This document shows positions 36,591-46,300 of a stretch of 64,000 nt of DNA, in pieces (position 1 is the stretch's first letter; each line of letters opens with the position of its first letter). A program made the position numbers and the translations under genes. Origin of the DNA: a virus; IMG/VR virus record IMGVR_UViG_3300005537_000023, positions 9,233 through 73,232 of that record; one strand, given 5' to 3'. The notes below the pieces were generated by a model. That model was not told the DNA's origin. It saw only the letters and a list, made by a program, of their open reading frames with translations, and did not search any database.

Positions 36591-36821
36591 ATGGCAGCGA
36601 AAAACAAGACGAAACCGAAGCACCCCGGTGGACGTCCGTGCAAGAATCCGAGCGGTGAGCCAGCAGATTCGGTAGTTTACGTGTACGTGACGCGTGCGCA
36701 GTACGAGGATTTCTGCCAACGCGCCGTCGAGGCGAAGGTGAGCCTAAGCACGTGGGGCGCACTGGCCATGATGGCGACGCCTGCGCGAGCGGGGCTGGCG
36801 TACGGGCGGCGGAGCCGGTGA
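36591..36821 (+). CDS. Small ribbon-helix-helix-like regulator
   Basis: GGRP...VVYVYVTRAQYEDF...VSLSTW. Confidence 0.6.
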   Translation: MAAKNKTKPKHPGGRPCKNPSGEPADSVVYVYVTRAQYEDFCQRAVEAKVSLSTWGALAMMATPARAGLAYGRRSR

Positions 36822-37370
36822 TCTGGCTCCTCTCAAACCGCGCCGACGACGAGGTGCGCCGCAACCTCGCCGATCACCACTACAACCGCCAGTCCCCGGG
36901 CGCGAAAAACTTCGTCCCGCCCGGCCGATGCCTCGTCCTGCGCACGCCTGCCGCCGATGCATTTTGGGTGACGTCGTGGCCCTTCGCTGAGTACGTAAAG
37001 CATCGCTGGGGGGGGGGCTTGGGTATGCAGCGCCTTCCGCAACGAAAGTCCTCACCTGTCCAGCGCCATGATCGAGGAGGCGCTTCGTTGCACGCTCGCC
37101 AAGTGGCCCGAGCCGCCGCGGGTGCCCACGTGGATCGTCATCGCGCGGCATCGGCACTGGACGGAGATCGTGCGGGACGAGTGCGCGTTGGTGACCTTCG
37201 TGGACGAGGACAAGACGCGGAGGAAGCGCGACCCGGGCCGTTGCTATCGGCGCGCGGGCTTCGAGGAAGCAGGGCGGACGAAAGCGGGCCTACTCGCCCT
37301 CGTGATTCGTACGGCGCGGCTCCCGTCGGCGCGCGCAGCTGGCACGATGCAGACGGCGCTACCCTTCTAA
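36818..37370 (+). pseudogene. Putative Mom-like/GNAT-fold DNA-modification protein, frameshifted at a G10 tract (37008-37017)
   Basis: ADHHYNRQSPG..FVPPG...VKHRWGG joins AWVCSAFRNE...TFVD...DPGRCYRRAGF if the tract were G9. Confidence 0.6.
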
Positions 37371-37846
37371 AACCTCTCCGCCTCCGCCTGCTCCGCCGCG
37401 CAGGGGTCTGGGTGGAGGACATGAAAGCCCCACCGATCGCCCGAGTCGTCCACGTCGTACGCCGACATGACGAGGCGATATCTGGCATGCTCGTTGTGCA
37501 CGTCCGCTGGCCTGCGTCCGTCGAATGCCACCTCGTAGACGCCGCGCTCCGGGTACGGCCTGGAGATGATCTCAAACGCCTCCGTGAAGTCGTTGCGCGG
37601 GTGATCGCTCTGCCCGTCTCGCGTGCGCGTGACATCCCAGTCCGCGACGCAACAGAAAGCCCACATACGGCGCGTCTGCTCCAACCGCCATTCCAGGTCC
37701 GGGTCCGCGTCTTCCTCGAAGGGCGCCATCACCAGCGAGGCAAACTCCGCCCATCCGCACCGCTTCAACGGGATGTCGCCGTACCACTTGCCGAGGTAGA
37801 AGAGGCGGCGATGCTTGCGGTCAACCAACATGGATTCAACGCCCAT
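37367..37846 (-). CDS. Hypothetical protein
   Basis: GGAGG RBS; end of the leftward operon. Confidence 0.55.
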   Translation of the reverse strand: MGVESMLVDRKHRRLFYLGKWYGDIPLKRCGWAEFASLVMAPFEEDADPDLEWRLEQTRRMWAFCCVADWDVTRTRDGQSDHPRNDFTEAFEIISRPYPERGVYEVAFDGRRPADVHNEHARYRLVMSAYDVDDSGDRWGFHVLHPDPCAAEQAEAERF

Positions 37847-38340
37847 GGCCCCTCCGATGTTCGCCGCGCTCGATCTGGTTGGCGAGCATGCCCACGTACT
37901 CGGCGATTCGCGCGCGCATGTTCCGAAGCTCGCGCGAGGCGTCCGCGATGCACGCGGCCTCGCGTTGGCGTAGGGCCGCAGCGCGCAGGAAGGCAACGGC
38001 GGCGGCGCGTTCGTTGTCGCCGGCGCTCACTTCATCCACCGCCTCTCCACCAACCGCATCGCTCTCCCGTCCGCGTCCGCGCATTCCTGCCGCGGCGCCC
38101 GCTCCAACGGATGCGCGATGTCCGCCCACGCGCGCGAGTGATCATCGGGCGACAAGGCGATTGTGGCGATTTCCACCGCCTCCGCGTCCGCCTTCACGGC
38201 ATCGGCGAGGCGAGCGGCCAGGGCAACGAGGGCGGCTCGGCTCGCTCGCCCCTTCGCGGCCTTCGCACGCAGGGTGAGGTAGTCGCCGTACAGCGCCACG
38301 AAGGAATCGGCCGAGGGGGCGGAGATGCGGGCGGAGCCGC

Positions 38341-38565
38341 TCACGGCGCCCTCCACCGCTTCCCCGTCGTCTCGCGCGGGTACTCCATCGCGAAGAGCCA
38401 CAGGGCGAAGAAGACGGGCCAGCAAGAGAAGACGGCGAAGGCGAGGACGAGGACGGGGTACCAGCCTCCCCACCCGCGCGCGGTGCCGCCGTTGACGAGG
38501 TAGATGCCCAGCGTGGACAGGCCGCAGAGAGTGTAGAGGGTGGCGAGGTATTGAGGGGCGGTCAT
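38341..38565 (-). CDS. Small membrane protein
   Basis: Two hydrophobic helices. Confidence 0.55.
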   Translation of the reverse strand: MTAPQYLATLYTLCGLSTLGIYLVNGGTARGWGGWYPVLVLAFAVFSCWPVFFALWLFAMEYPRETTGKRWRAP

Positions 38566-39182
38566 TCGGCCAACTTCCCGTCCACCTCGTCGATGGACAT
38601 CGCGGCAATGAGCGTCTCGGCCGCGAACGTCAATTCCTTGGCGAACGCCTCCGCGTACATCGCCCGATCCGACGCGGCCACGTGGACGACGTTATCGTTT
38701 TCGATGTATGTGCCGTGCAGTTTCATCCGCGCGTACTTCCTCGCGGCGCGCAGAACACGCTCCTCATGCTGCGTTCGCAGTGGCATCTTGCTCATCACCA
38801 CGCCCTCCTCGGTTCATGCTCCGCACACCTCGCCATCCCCATCGCCGTCCACGTGTGCAGCGCCGGATCGTGGCCGGGGACGTTGCAGCAGTACAACCGC
38901 CAGCCAGGGCCGGGTGCATGGCATGGACGGCCGCACACGAGGCAGCGGAAGGTGGCGCGGCGGGGACGGCGGGTGGCGTGGCCGCGGATCACCTCCCGCC
39001 TCCGTGCTTCCGCCGCCTGTCCATCTCGCAAAGCATCTGTGCCCAGCCCACAACGGGCGTCGCGTCGATCGTCTCCATGTAGTGGCGGCGCACCACGCGG
39101 TTGATGGTGGCGAGGCACGCGTCCGCGCGGGCGCACTCGCGATCGGCGCGGGCGATTTCGGCGGCCAAGGCTTCTTCTGTCG

Positions 39183-40289
39183 TCACTTCCCACCTCCCCA
39201 CCCGTAGCCGAGTTTTTCGATGGCTTCTTTCGCGACGCGATCGCCGCGGCGATCGTAGCCGGCCGTCGTCTTTGGATTCGCATGCCCCGCGATGCCCTGC
39301 ACCGTCACCAAGTCCACGCCCTTGTCTAGCAAGCGCGAGATGAGGGTGCGCCTGAAATCGTGCGGCGACACCTTCTCCTTCAACTCCACGCTTTGCCAGT
39401 GCCGTTGCACGGCGAGATAGATGCCGGCAGGCGAGATGTGGCGGTAGATGACTTTGCCCACGCGCGTCATCGGGCAAACGAGTGGCCCCGCCGCCGTCCC
39501 GCGCACGCGCAGCCACGCGTCCATCCCCGCCTTCATGTCCGACGGGAACGGCACCTCGCGAGGCTTGCCGCCCTTGCCCTTGCCGCGCTGGACGGTGATC
39601 GATCCAGCATGCCCTGGCGACGGCGGCGCCTTGTAGTCCGCCGTGTCGAGGCCAGCGATCTCGAAACGGCGCAGGCCGCAACCGAGGCCGATGGCGAGGA
39701 TCGCGGCATCGCGGGCGCCGATGGGCGTGGCGAGATCGCAGGATGCCAGCAAGTCCACGATTTCTTGCTGTTCCATCATGCGTCCGGCCTTGGGCGAGTC
39801 CACCTTCACGCCCTTGCACGCCTCTTTGATGCCGTCGAAGTCGTCGCTGTTGATCAGCGTCTTGCCCCCCGCATCCTCGATGTAGCGGCATTGGTGCATT
39901 ACGCCTTTGAGTGCAGAGAGGGCCTGGCGGATGGTTGCCGGCGAGATCATGCCTGGCGCCCTCGCTCGCCTGCCGGCCCGCTTCGCTGACGGCCGCCCAG
40001 CCGCTAGCTTCGTCGTGTTGGTAAGCGTCAGCCTAATGAGGCGCGCGGACGTGTAACGGATCTTCGTCCAGTCGACGGAATAGATCGCCGTCATCGCATC
40101 CAAGCCGGCAAGCTTGGCATTGATAATTCGGGCGATGCGGGCGAGGGCGTCACGCATCGCACGCATGCCGCTGGGGCGGAGGCCGGCGAGGTAGAGGGTG
40201 ACCGGGTGCTGCATCCGATCGCCGGCCGGCGCCGGGAGGACGAGGGCGGAGAATGCGTCGGGTTTGGCGGTGGCAAGGGCGGTGGTCAC
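39183..40289 (-). CDS. int: Tyrosine recombinase/integrase
   Basis: RDAAIL...GLRRFEI, GKGKG, HDFRRT, GHANPKTTAGYDRR catalytic residues. Confidence 0.92.
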   Translation of the reverse strand: MTTALATAKPDAFSALVLPAPAGDRMQHPVTLYLAGLRPSGMRAMRDALARIARIINAKLAGLDAMTAIYSVDWTKIRYTSARLIRLTLTNTTKLAAGRPSAKRAGRRARAPGMISPATIRQALSALKGVMHQCRYIEDAGGKTLINSDDFDGIKEACKGVKVDSPKAGRMMEQQEIVDLLASCDLATPIGARDAAILAIGLGCGLRRFEIAGLDTADYKAPPSPGHAGSITVQRGKGKGGKPREVPFPSDMKAGMDAWLRVRGTAAGPLVCPMTRVGKVIYRHISPAGIYLAVQRHWQSVELKEKVSPHDFRRTLISRLLDKGVDLVTVQGIAGHANPKTTAGYDRRGDRVAKEAIEKLGYGWGGGK

Positions 40290-40491
40290 TGGCCCCCCGC
40301 GCGGCGTGCGGCCGACCACTCCGAATCCAACCTATCCAACTTGTCGAGCGCGCGGCGCATCTCTGCGCTGACGTGGCTATTCCGCCGCATCTCCGCGGCG
40401 GCAGCAGCCACACGGAGAAGTTGCCGCACGTAGCGCGGGTGCGAGCCATCGCCATGCTCCGCGAGCATCGTCACCCATTCCGCCAGGGTAG

Positions 40492-41988
40492 TCATCGATA
40501 CACCCACCCGATCATGTCCGAGTACCCTTCCCGGCAGACTCGTCCGAACCGCGCGCCCAGCCTGCACAGCGCATCATGGTAGCGCGCGCTCAGGTGGTTG
40601 CCTTCCGTGTGGTGCGCGAATTCGTGAAGCACCAACTCGATCACCTTGTCCGCCAGCGGATCGTCGAAGAAGCGCGCGCCCAGCGTGGACACGTTGAACC
40701 ACAGGTGCGGGCGCTTGTCACCGCCGCCCCACTGCGCCTGCACGGTGATCACCGGACTCTCGAAAAACTCCACGTCGATACCCTCAGCGCCGTCGAGGAT
40801 GCGCGTGCTGAGGAAGTCCACGAGACGGCGTGTGGACTTCATGCCCATCGTCTGCCTGTCCGGCGGGATCGTCGTGAAGTCGTCGCTGGACGGCGTGGAC
40901 ATGTGCGAGGGCGTCACCTTGCTGGCCGGAAGGATGGCGCCGGCGCGGCGCGCATTCTCCCATTCGCCCGCGGACATGGATCCGCCATGCACCACCACGT
41001 AGCCCTCACTCTTGGCGATGTCCTCGGCCTCGCGATCGTTGGGGTCCGGCGAGACGCGCTTGTCACCGAAGCGCAGATCGAGCACGCGCTTGATGGCCGC
41101 GTCGCTGCACCCGCTGGCGTCCGCCGCCTCGCGCACCCACTCGGCGGTGGCGTCCGTGGCGCCCAGCATGTCGTGCGCTTCGTTCAGTACGGCCACGCGG
41201 ATGTCTTTCAGGTAGCCGGGCGTCACGTTGTCCCGATCGGTGTTGAGCGGGATTTTCTGCCGGACGTCCACGTCGAAGGCGTCGCCGGTTTCCACCACGG
41301 GGATGCCCAACTCGTACAGCCAGCCGCTTTCGCCGGTGCGCGGGCGATGGAGGCGAAGAGACGTGTGGCGGTACTTGCGCGTCATGCGGCCAGTCTCATC
41401 CGCAAGCTCCGTAGCGAGGCACACGCTACCAACCGTCCGCACGGGCGCCGGCGATCGGATGTCCTCGCGGTTGATCCGCAGCGTCACGCCCTCGGGGACG
41501 AGGATGCGTGAGGCGCGGGTGATCGCGCGCTGCATCTCATCTCGCGTGATGCGCACCTCGGCGCGGAAGACGCTGCCCACAACCGTCTTCTCCTTCATCT
41601 TCCGGCGCGTGCCATCGGCCTCGAAGCGGACGCCGCCGGTGGTGCTGACGATCTCGGCCCACTCGCACCGCGCAATGACGAGTTTTTCGCCGAGGTTGAA
41701 GCGGCCACGCAACTCGGGGTCACCCTTCTTCGCGCTCTCGGCAAAGAGGACATAGGCGTGCGAGAGATCCACGAAGCCGGTGGGATCGTCGTCGCCCACC
41801 ACCACGAGGGCACGCGGCGCGTTGGGCATGGGCTCCACCGTCACCTCGACGGTGCGCGCCTTGGTGTCCAGCGCGTTCTGGATCAATTCGAAGAGGATGC
41901 TGGCCGGGTCGCGCGTGGCCAGCGTCTTCTCCAGGCCGCGCGCGTCCACCTCGAACCAGCCGCGGGCGAAAGGCTTCCGATCGTTCAT
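40492..41988 (-). CDS. GHKL (HSP90/MutL-like) ATPase with C-terminal HExxH motif
   Basis: ELIQNALD, DDDPTGF, RGRFNLGEK; LHEFAHH. Confidence 0.85.
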   Translation of the reverse strand: MNDRKPFARGWFEVDARGLEKTLATRDPASILFELIQNALDTKARTVEVTVEPMPNAPRALVVVGDDDPTGFVDLSHAYVLFAESAKKGDPELRGRFNLGEKLVIARCEWAEIVSTTGGVRFEADGTRRKMKEKTVVGSVFRAEVRITRDEMQRAITRASRILVPEGVTLRINREDIRSPAPVRTVGSVCLATELADETGRMTRKYRHTSLRLHRPRTGESGWLYELGIPVVETGDAFDVDVRQKIPLNTDRDNVTPGYLKDIRVAVLNEAHDMLGATDATAEWVREAADASGCSDAAIKRVLDLRFGDKRVSPDPNDREAEDIAKSEGYVVVHGGSMSAGEWENARRAGAILPASKVTPSHMSTPSSDDFTTIPPDRQTMGMKSTRRLVDFLSTRILDGAEGIDVEFFESPVITVQAQWGGGDKRPHLWFNVSTLGARFFDDPLADKVIELVLHEFAHHTEGNHLSARYHDALCRLGARFGRVCREGYSDMIGWVYR

Positions 41989-42230
41989 GGGCAACCTCCT
42001 ACGCCTGGTTTGACGGGCGAGGCTTCTACTTATTCATACCAGCCATTCGCGTGAGGATCAATCGGTGGCCGGCAACGCTTCCACGCGCCGCACAAGGCGC
42101 TCGTATTGCTCCATGGCCTCCGCTTCTGTCTCGCAACGCTCTTGCGTCTGATCGAGCGGGCCGCCGAAAACCATAGTCTCGTAATACCCCATCCTCCAAC
42201 GGCAATTCGACGACGCGCGGTCGAATACGG

Positions 42231-42939
42231 CATGCTTATCCGGTTGTCACCCACAGCGATTCGCCTTCCACAAATTCCCCAAAGCTGCACGCGCGCATTC
42301 GAGAACGTGAACGAGCAACGCCGCGTCTTCGTCGTGTCCGAACGCCGGAACGAATGGAGCGCTCGCCGGGTGAAGAATGCGAGCCGGATCGGTTCGTTGT
42401 TGGTGCTTTTCGACGATTGTCACCGCGAGGTCGACGACGGGGCTCCGATGAAACGCTCGGGCGGGGAAGCTGTAGCGATACCCGGCCGGAATGACGAACC
42501 TGACCGTCTCGACGGCGTAGCGTTCATCTGTCGGCGTCGTTGGACCGTGATATTTGCTGTCCGCCGCCGCGCGGGCGTGCGTAAGAAGCGTCGCCGTGAA
42601 GTCCCCACGGGGTTCCGCGGTCGCGTGCCACTCCTCGTGCACGACGTCACCAATGAGCACGTGGGAAACCATATCGAAGCGGTGATCGTGCACGTCGCCG
42701 TTCGCCTCGATGCCTGGCTTGATCAGGTCGGGATGCCACACGTGGACCCGGACCTCCGGCTCCGTGTGCTCGACGAGATATCCCTGCAACACGCCGATGC
42801 CGTGGTGTCGCCACGAGATCGACGGGAACGCGTGAAGCAGAGTGGCGGCGAGAGCGTGGTGCGCGTCGTCGCGAACGATTCGAGTCAGAGCGCTCATTTC
42901 CAAATCTCCCAAGTTGGGGGTGCTAACCGGATAAGCATG
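42231..42939 (-). mobile_element. Non-autonomous IS1595-type cassette (709 bp) carrying one passenger gene
   Basis: Perfect 15 bp IRs CATGCTTATCCGGTT (42231-45 and 42925-39); 8 bp direct repeat GAATACGG (42223-30 and 42940-47); no transposase. Confidence 0.88.
42247..42897 (-). CDS. Cupin/double-stranded beta-helix-like passenger protein
   Basis: RVHVWHP...DVHDHRFDMVSHVLIG...YSFPARAFH. Confidence 0.7.
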   Translation of the reverse strand: MSALTRIVRDDAHHALAATLLHAFPSISWRHHGIGVLQGYLVEHTEPEVRVHVWHPDLIKPGIEANGDVHDHRFDMVSHVLIGDVVHEEWHATAEPRGDFTATLLTHARAAADSKYHGPTTPTDERYAVETVRFVIPAGYRYSFPARAFHRSPVVDLAVTIVEKHQQRTDPARILHPASAPFVPAFGHDEDAALLVHVLECARAALGNLWKANRCG

Positions 42940-43517
42940 GAATACGGCAGTCCGCGCAGCCGACACCACTCCGCCAGCGTGTGCGTCACGCCGTCCAGTG
43001 TGATCCGAACGTTGGTGCTCATGTTGTTCTGCTGAACGAGCCGCGTTGTCCATCGGCAGTTGAAGGTATCGCCTCTTCGCAGGCAGTCGTCGCAGTGACC
43101 GCACGTGTACCCGCGCGCGTTGTCGATGCGGTCGATCTCCAACGTGGCCAGCGGGCGAAGGCCCATGTCTTTCAGGAACGATGCATACGAGTTCGACCAG
43201 CCGTCACACACACGGATTCCCTTCGCGCCGTAGAACTTGAAGGCGAAGTGTGACGGCCGTTGGCACTTGTGCCGTATCCGTTTCCACACCTCGTATTCCG
43301 GCTGCCGAGACATCCGATCTTTCGGGTCTCGTCCCAAGACGCGCGAGCACCCGCACGACGTGGCATGCCCGGACACAAGGTCGGTGGCGCGCAGCGTCTT
43401 CATTCGACCGCAGTCGCACAGGCACGACCAAAGGTGATGGCTGTTTCGTTTATCGACGTAGGCCACGCACGTCAGTCGACCAAATCTGTGGCCTTTCATT
43501 CCGTCGCACGCCATCAT
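42894..43517 (-). CDS. HNH homing endonuclease with C-terminus interrupted by the cassette
   Basis: RFGRLT, WSCLCDCG, SCGC, YGAKGIRVC, IDRIDN, NCRW; GLPYS continues as TARRRIAVGGW beyond the cassette. Confidence 0.85.
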   Translation of the reverse strand: MMACDGMKGHRFGRLTCVAYVDKRNSHHLWSCLCDCGRMKTLRATDLVSGHATSCGCSRVLGRDPKDRMSRQPEYEVWKRIRHKCQRPSHFAFKFYGAKGIRVCDGWSNSYASFLKDMGLRPLATLEIDRIDNARGYTCGHCDDCLRRGDTFNCRWTTRLVQQNNMSTNVRITLDGVTHTLAEWCRLRGLPYSMLIRLAPPTWEIWK

Positions 43518-43649
43518 CGCGCATCCCTCAGCCAGGCGAGGACGGCGCGGCGAAGGTCCAACAACGCGAACGTCTCTTTGAGTTGCCGCTGCGAACTGAC
43601 ATGCATGTCCGGCGGCTCCTCTTCGCCAACCACACGCTCGGCCGAGGGG

Positions 43650-44036
43650 TCATGGTGCGTTGTTCCTTCGATCGCACTCGGCCTGCGCTTCGCCGGTAGG
43701 CCACAATCGCGATTCAGGGTGCAACGTCCCGCACCCGTTGTCGGTGAACATGTAGACGAACAGCACCGGCCCCGACTCCTCATCGTCATCGATACCCGGC
43801 CGCACTGTTTCGGCGCGGATATTCCTGATTGTTCCGCGGTCGGTGATTACCCAACCGAAGCCGCGCGCCTCCGTCTCTTTTTTGCCGTGGCACTTCGGGC
43901 ACGCGTATCGCTCGCCGCGAAGCATGCACGTCCCTTCGCCCTCACATGCGCTGCATCGTTCTGGTGGGAGACGCACCGACGTCCGCGTGATCACCGACAC
44001 GACATCGCCAAGGTTGTACTTCGACTCGAACTTCAT
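43650..44036 (-). CDS. Phage protein with DnaJ-like CxxCxGxG zinc finger
   Basis: KYNLGD...CSACEGEG...CPKCHGK. Confidence 0.65.
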   Translation of the reverse strand: MKFESKYNLGDVVSVITRTSVRLPPERCSACEGEGTCMLRGERYACPKCHGKKETEARGFGWVITDRGTIRNIRAETVRPGIDDDEESGPVLFVYMFTDNGCGTLHPESRLWPTGEAQAECDRRNNAP

Positions 44037-44601
44037 CGCTCTCTCCTCTCGCTCTCGCTCGCCCGAGTCATCTCCGCCCTTCCTTCGCCGCCACAGCCTC
44101 GATCGCCTGCATCGACGCCTCCATGTATTCGTCCGTCGGGTCCTTGCGAATCTCCTGGCCAGACACGTACGTGGCCCAGATCCGATCGCGCATCGGCTTC
44201 GGCACCATGAACCAGTGCCGCTTGCACATGAACATCTTCGGCGGCACCTCGACGTTGCACCCGTCGGCGTGACAGACGTGCTCCGGTCCGGCCATGCGTC
44301 CGCAGTGGCGGCACCTCGCGCGCACCGGCGGGTCCGGCTCGTCGTAGCAAACGCACCGCTTCTCGCTCTCGCTCGTCCTCGGCGTCATCGGCGGGCCTTT
44401 CGTAGGTAGTTCCGCGACGTAATCACTCGGTAGCCGTCCTCGAATTCGACCTCGCACGAGTTCATCGCGCCGCGCACGTTCACGCGGCAGAGCGTGCCGA
44501 ATCGATCGGGCAATCGCGTGCGCACGCGCCACACGTAGGGGAAGCCGTCGCTCATCCCCTCCCCCTTCCTCCGCCGCGGTGAGGCGCGGTGTCGTCGTGC
44601 G

Positions 44602-44853
44602 TCAGCATCGGATAAGAGGCCCCCTGCCTCCCGGCCTTCCGGGCGGGCCTTGGGGACCAGGTGGCCCCGGTGGTCCGGGTGGCCCTGCATGGATGGCATC
44701 CAACTCCTCGCCCGGCATGCCCGGATCGATCTCGTGCTTGAATACGAGCGCGAGGTGGCGCTTCACTAACTCGGTTTGCCGCTCGTCGAGCGTCTTCGGA
44801 TCGGTCAACTCGAACATGCCTTGCAGCCAGTAAACGAAGTCGCGTGCTTTCAC
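44602..44853 (-). CDS. Small phage protein with collagen-like GPP tail
   Basis: DFVYWLQGMFEL...HLALVF; GPPGPPGPPGPQGPPG. Confidence 0.65.
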   Translation of the reverse strand: MKARDFVYWLQGMFELTDPKTLDERQTELVKRHLALVFKHEIDPGMPGEELDAIHAGPPGPPGPPGPQGPPGRPGGRGPLIRC

Positions 44854-45255
44854 GTCCCACCTTCTTTCGCGTCCGTCTCGTCGTCATCGGCGAAACAGAG
44901 TCGATGGAGCGCCAGCAGCCAGCACTCCGAGCACAGCTTCGGCGGCGTCCACGGCTTGCCGTCTTTCGCGTGTAGCCGCGCGTGGAGCTTGCGCTTCATC
45001 TCGAATGCGCCCTCGTCGATGCGGCCGTGACAGTCGCGGCACGTAACGCCGTCGCTCATCTCCTCGCCTTCCCCTTCTTCGCCGCCTTCGGAGCGGGGCG
45101 GTAGGTGCGGAGGACGACACGCGCAGCACCCATGAATCCGGCTCGCCACGACGAATGCATCTCATTCCAGGACACGCCAAACGCGGCTGGCTGCTCGCGC
45201 TGAAACCCGGCCCACATCTCCCTCGCCAACCTCTCCACATCCTCGGGGCGCGGGG

Positions 45256-46110
45256 TCATGGCGAGGGCTCCAGGGCGGAGCGGAGGCGAGCGATTGAGTA
45301 GCCGTCGGTTTTCGAACCGCCGCTGCGCGGACCGCCTTGGCCGAGGTGCCAGAATTTGTGCATGCGCTCCCACCCATCAATGGCTTCCGCGGCCAACGCC
45401 CTCAGCCTCTCCGCCTCGGCGCGGGCGGCGTCGCGTTCCTCCCACGCCTGTTGCAGCGACGGATTCGATTCCAGGTTGCGCGTCACGAGAGCGGCATCGC
45501 GCGCTCGCTCCACCTCCGCCAGCTTGGCCCTCAGCGCCGCGCACTCCTCATCCCCCACGAAATCGCGCAGCTTGCGATACAGCTCTCTGGCCCGCTCGAT
45601 CGTCATGCTCCACTCGCTGGACCCAGGCCACGCTCTGATATTCACGTAACCCTGTCCGCCGTCGCGCACCCGCACGCCCTGCTCGAGGGCGCGAAGGCGG
45701 GCGATGTCCACGATCGACTCGTCGTCGCAATACGCGCCCAGCACCGCTTTCTCGATCAGATCGGTCGCCTCCCTCAGCCCCGCTCTCAGGGTGGCGATCT
45801 CTTTCCCGTACGCCACGAGCGCGTCGTATGCCGCGATGTCGCGCGCGCGGAGTTGCTCGTTTTCCTCCGCCGCGGCGAGGCGGTCGGCCAGCGCCGCTAT
45901 CTTCTCAACCGCCAAACTCACACGCGCATGGCCGACGAGCCCGCCGATACCGGCCGGGTCGGTCGCTCTCGCCTTGCCCAACTCCACCAACGCCGCCCGC
46001 ATCTCGACGATGAGGGCGGCGTCTGAGCGCGTTTCGCACGAGGCTACCGATCCGCCGACTCCGCGCACCGCCCAATCCGACTGCACCCACGGCCCTTTCG
46101 TCGCGCTCAC
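45256..46110 (-). CDS. Ead/Ea22-like coiled-coil phage protein
   Basis: ATKGPW...DAALI start followed by coiled coils. Confidence 0.55.
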   Translation of the reverse strand: MSATKGPWVQSDWAVRGVGGSVASCETRSDAALIVEMRAALVELGKARATDPAGIGGLVGHARVSLAVEKIAALADRLAAAEENEQLRARDIAAYDALVAYGKEIATLRAGLREATDLIEKAVLGAYCDDESIVDIARLRALEQGVRVRDGGQGYVNIRAWPGSSEWSMTIERARELYRKLRDFVGDEECAALRAKLAEVERARDAALVTRNLESNPSLQQAWEERDAARAEAERLRALAAEAIDGWERMHKFWHLGQGGPRSGGSKTDGYSIARLRSALEPSP

Positions 46111-46300
46111 GCCGCCACCCTCCCTTCCCCCTCAGCCGCCGGCCACACCCTCCGCGCAATCACCGCGCGGCGCTCGGCGTACGGCAACTCCCACACCCGC
46201 GCCCACTCGTCGTCGGTGAAGGGCGCAACGTCCAACCACTTCGCCAGCGTCCGCCACGACGGCATGTGGAATGGGGAGACGGCGATGGGAGGGGATGGTT

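Noticed and set aside
36752-38503. 583 aa plus-strand ORF
   Set aside because: Only the part before the G10 tract is protein-like; the rest is read-through antisense to real minus-strand genes
42058-42192. Short minus-strand ORF MGYYETMVFGGPLDQTQERC
   Set aside because: Looks like the C-terminal remnant of a phage gene overlapped by the HNH end; too short to call a gene
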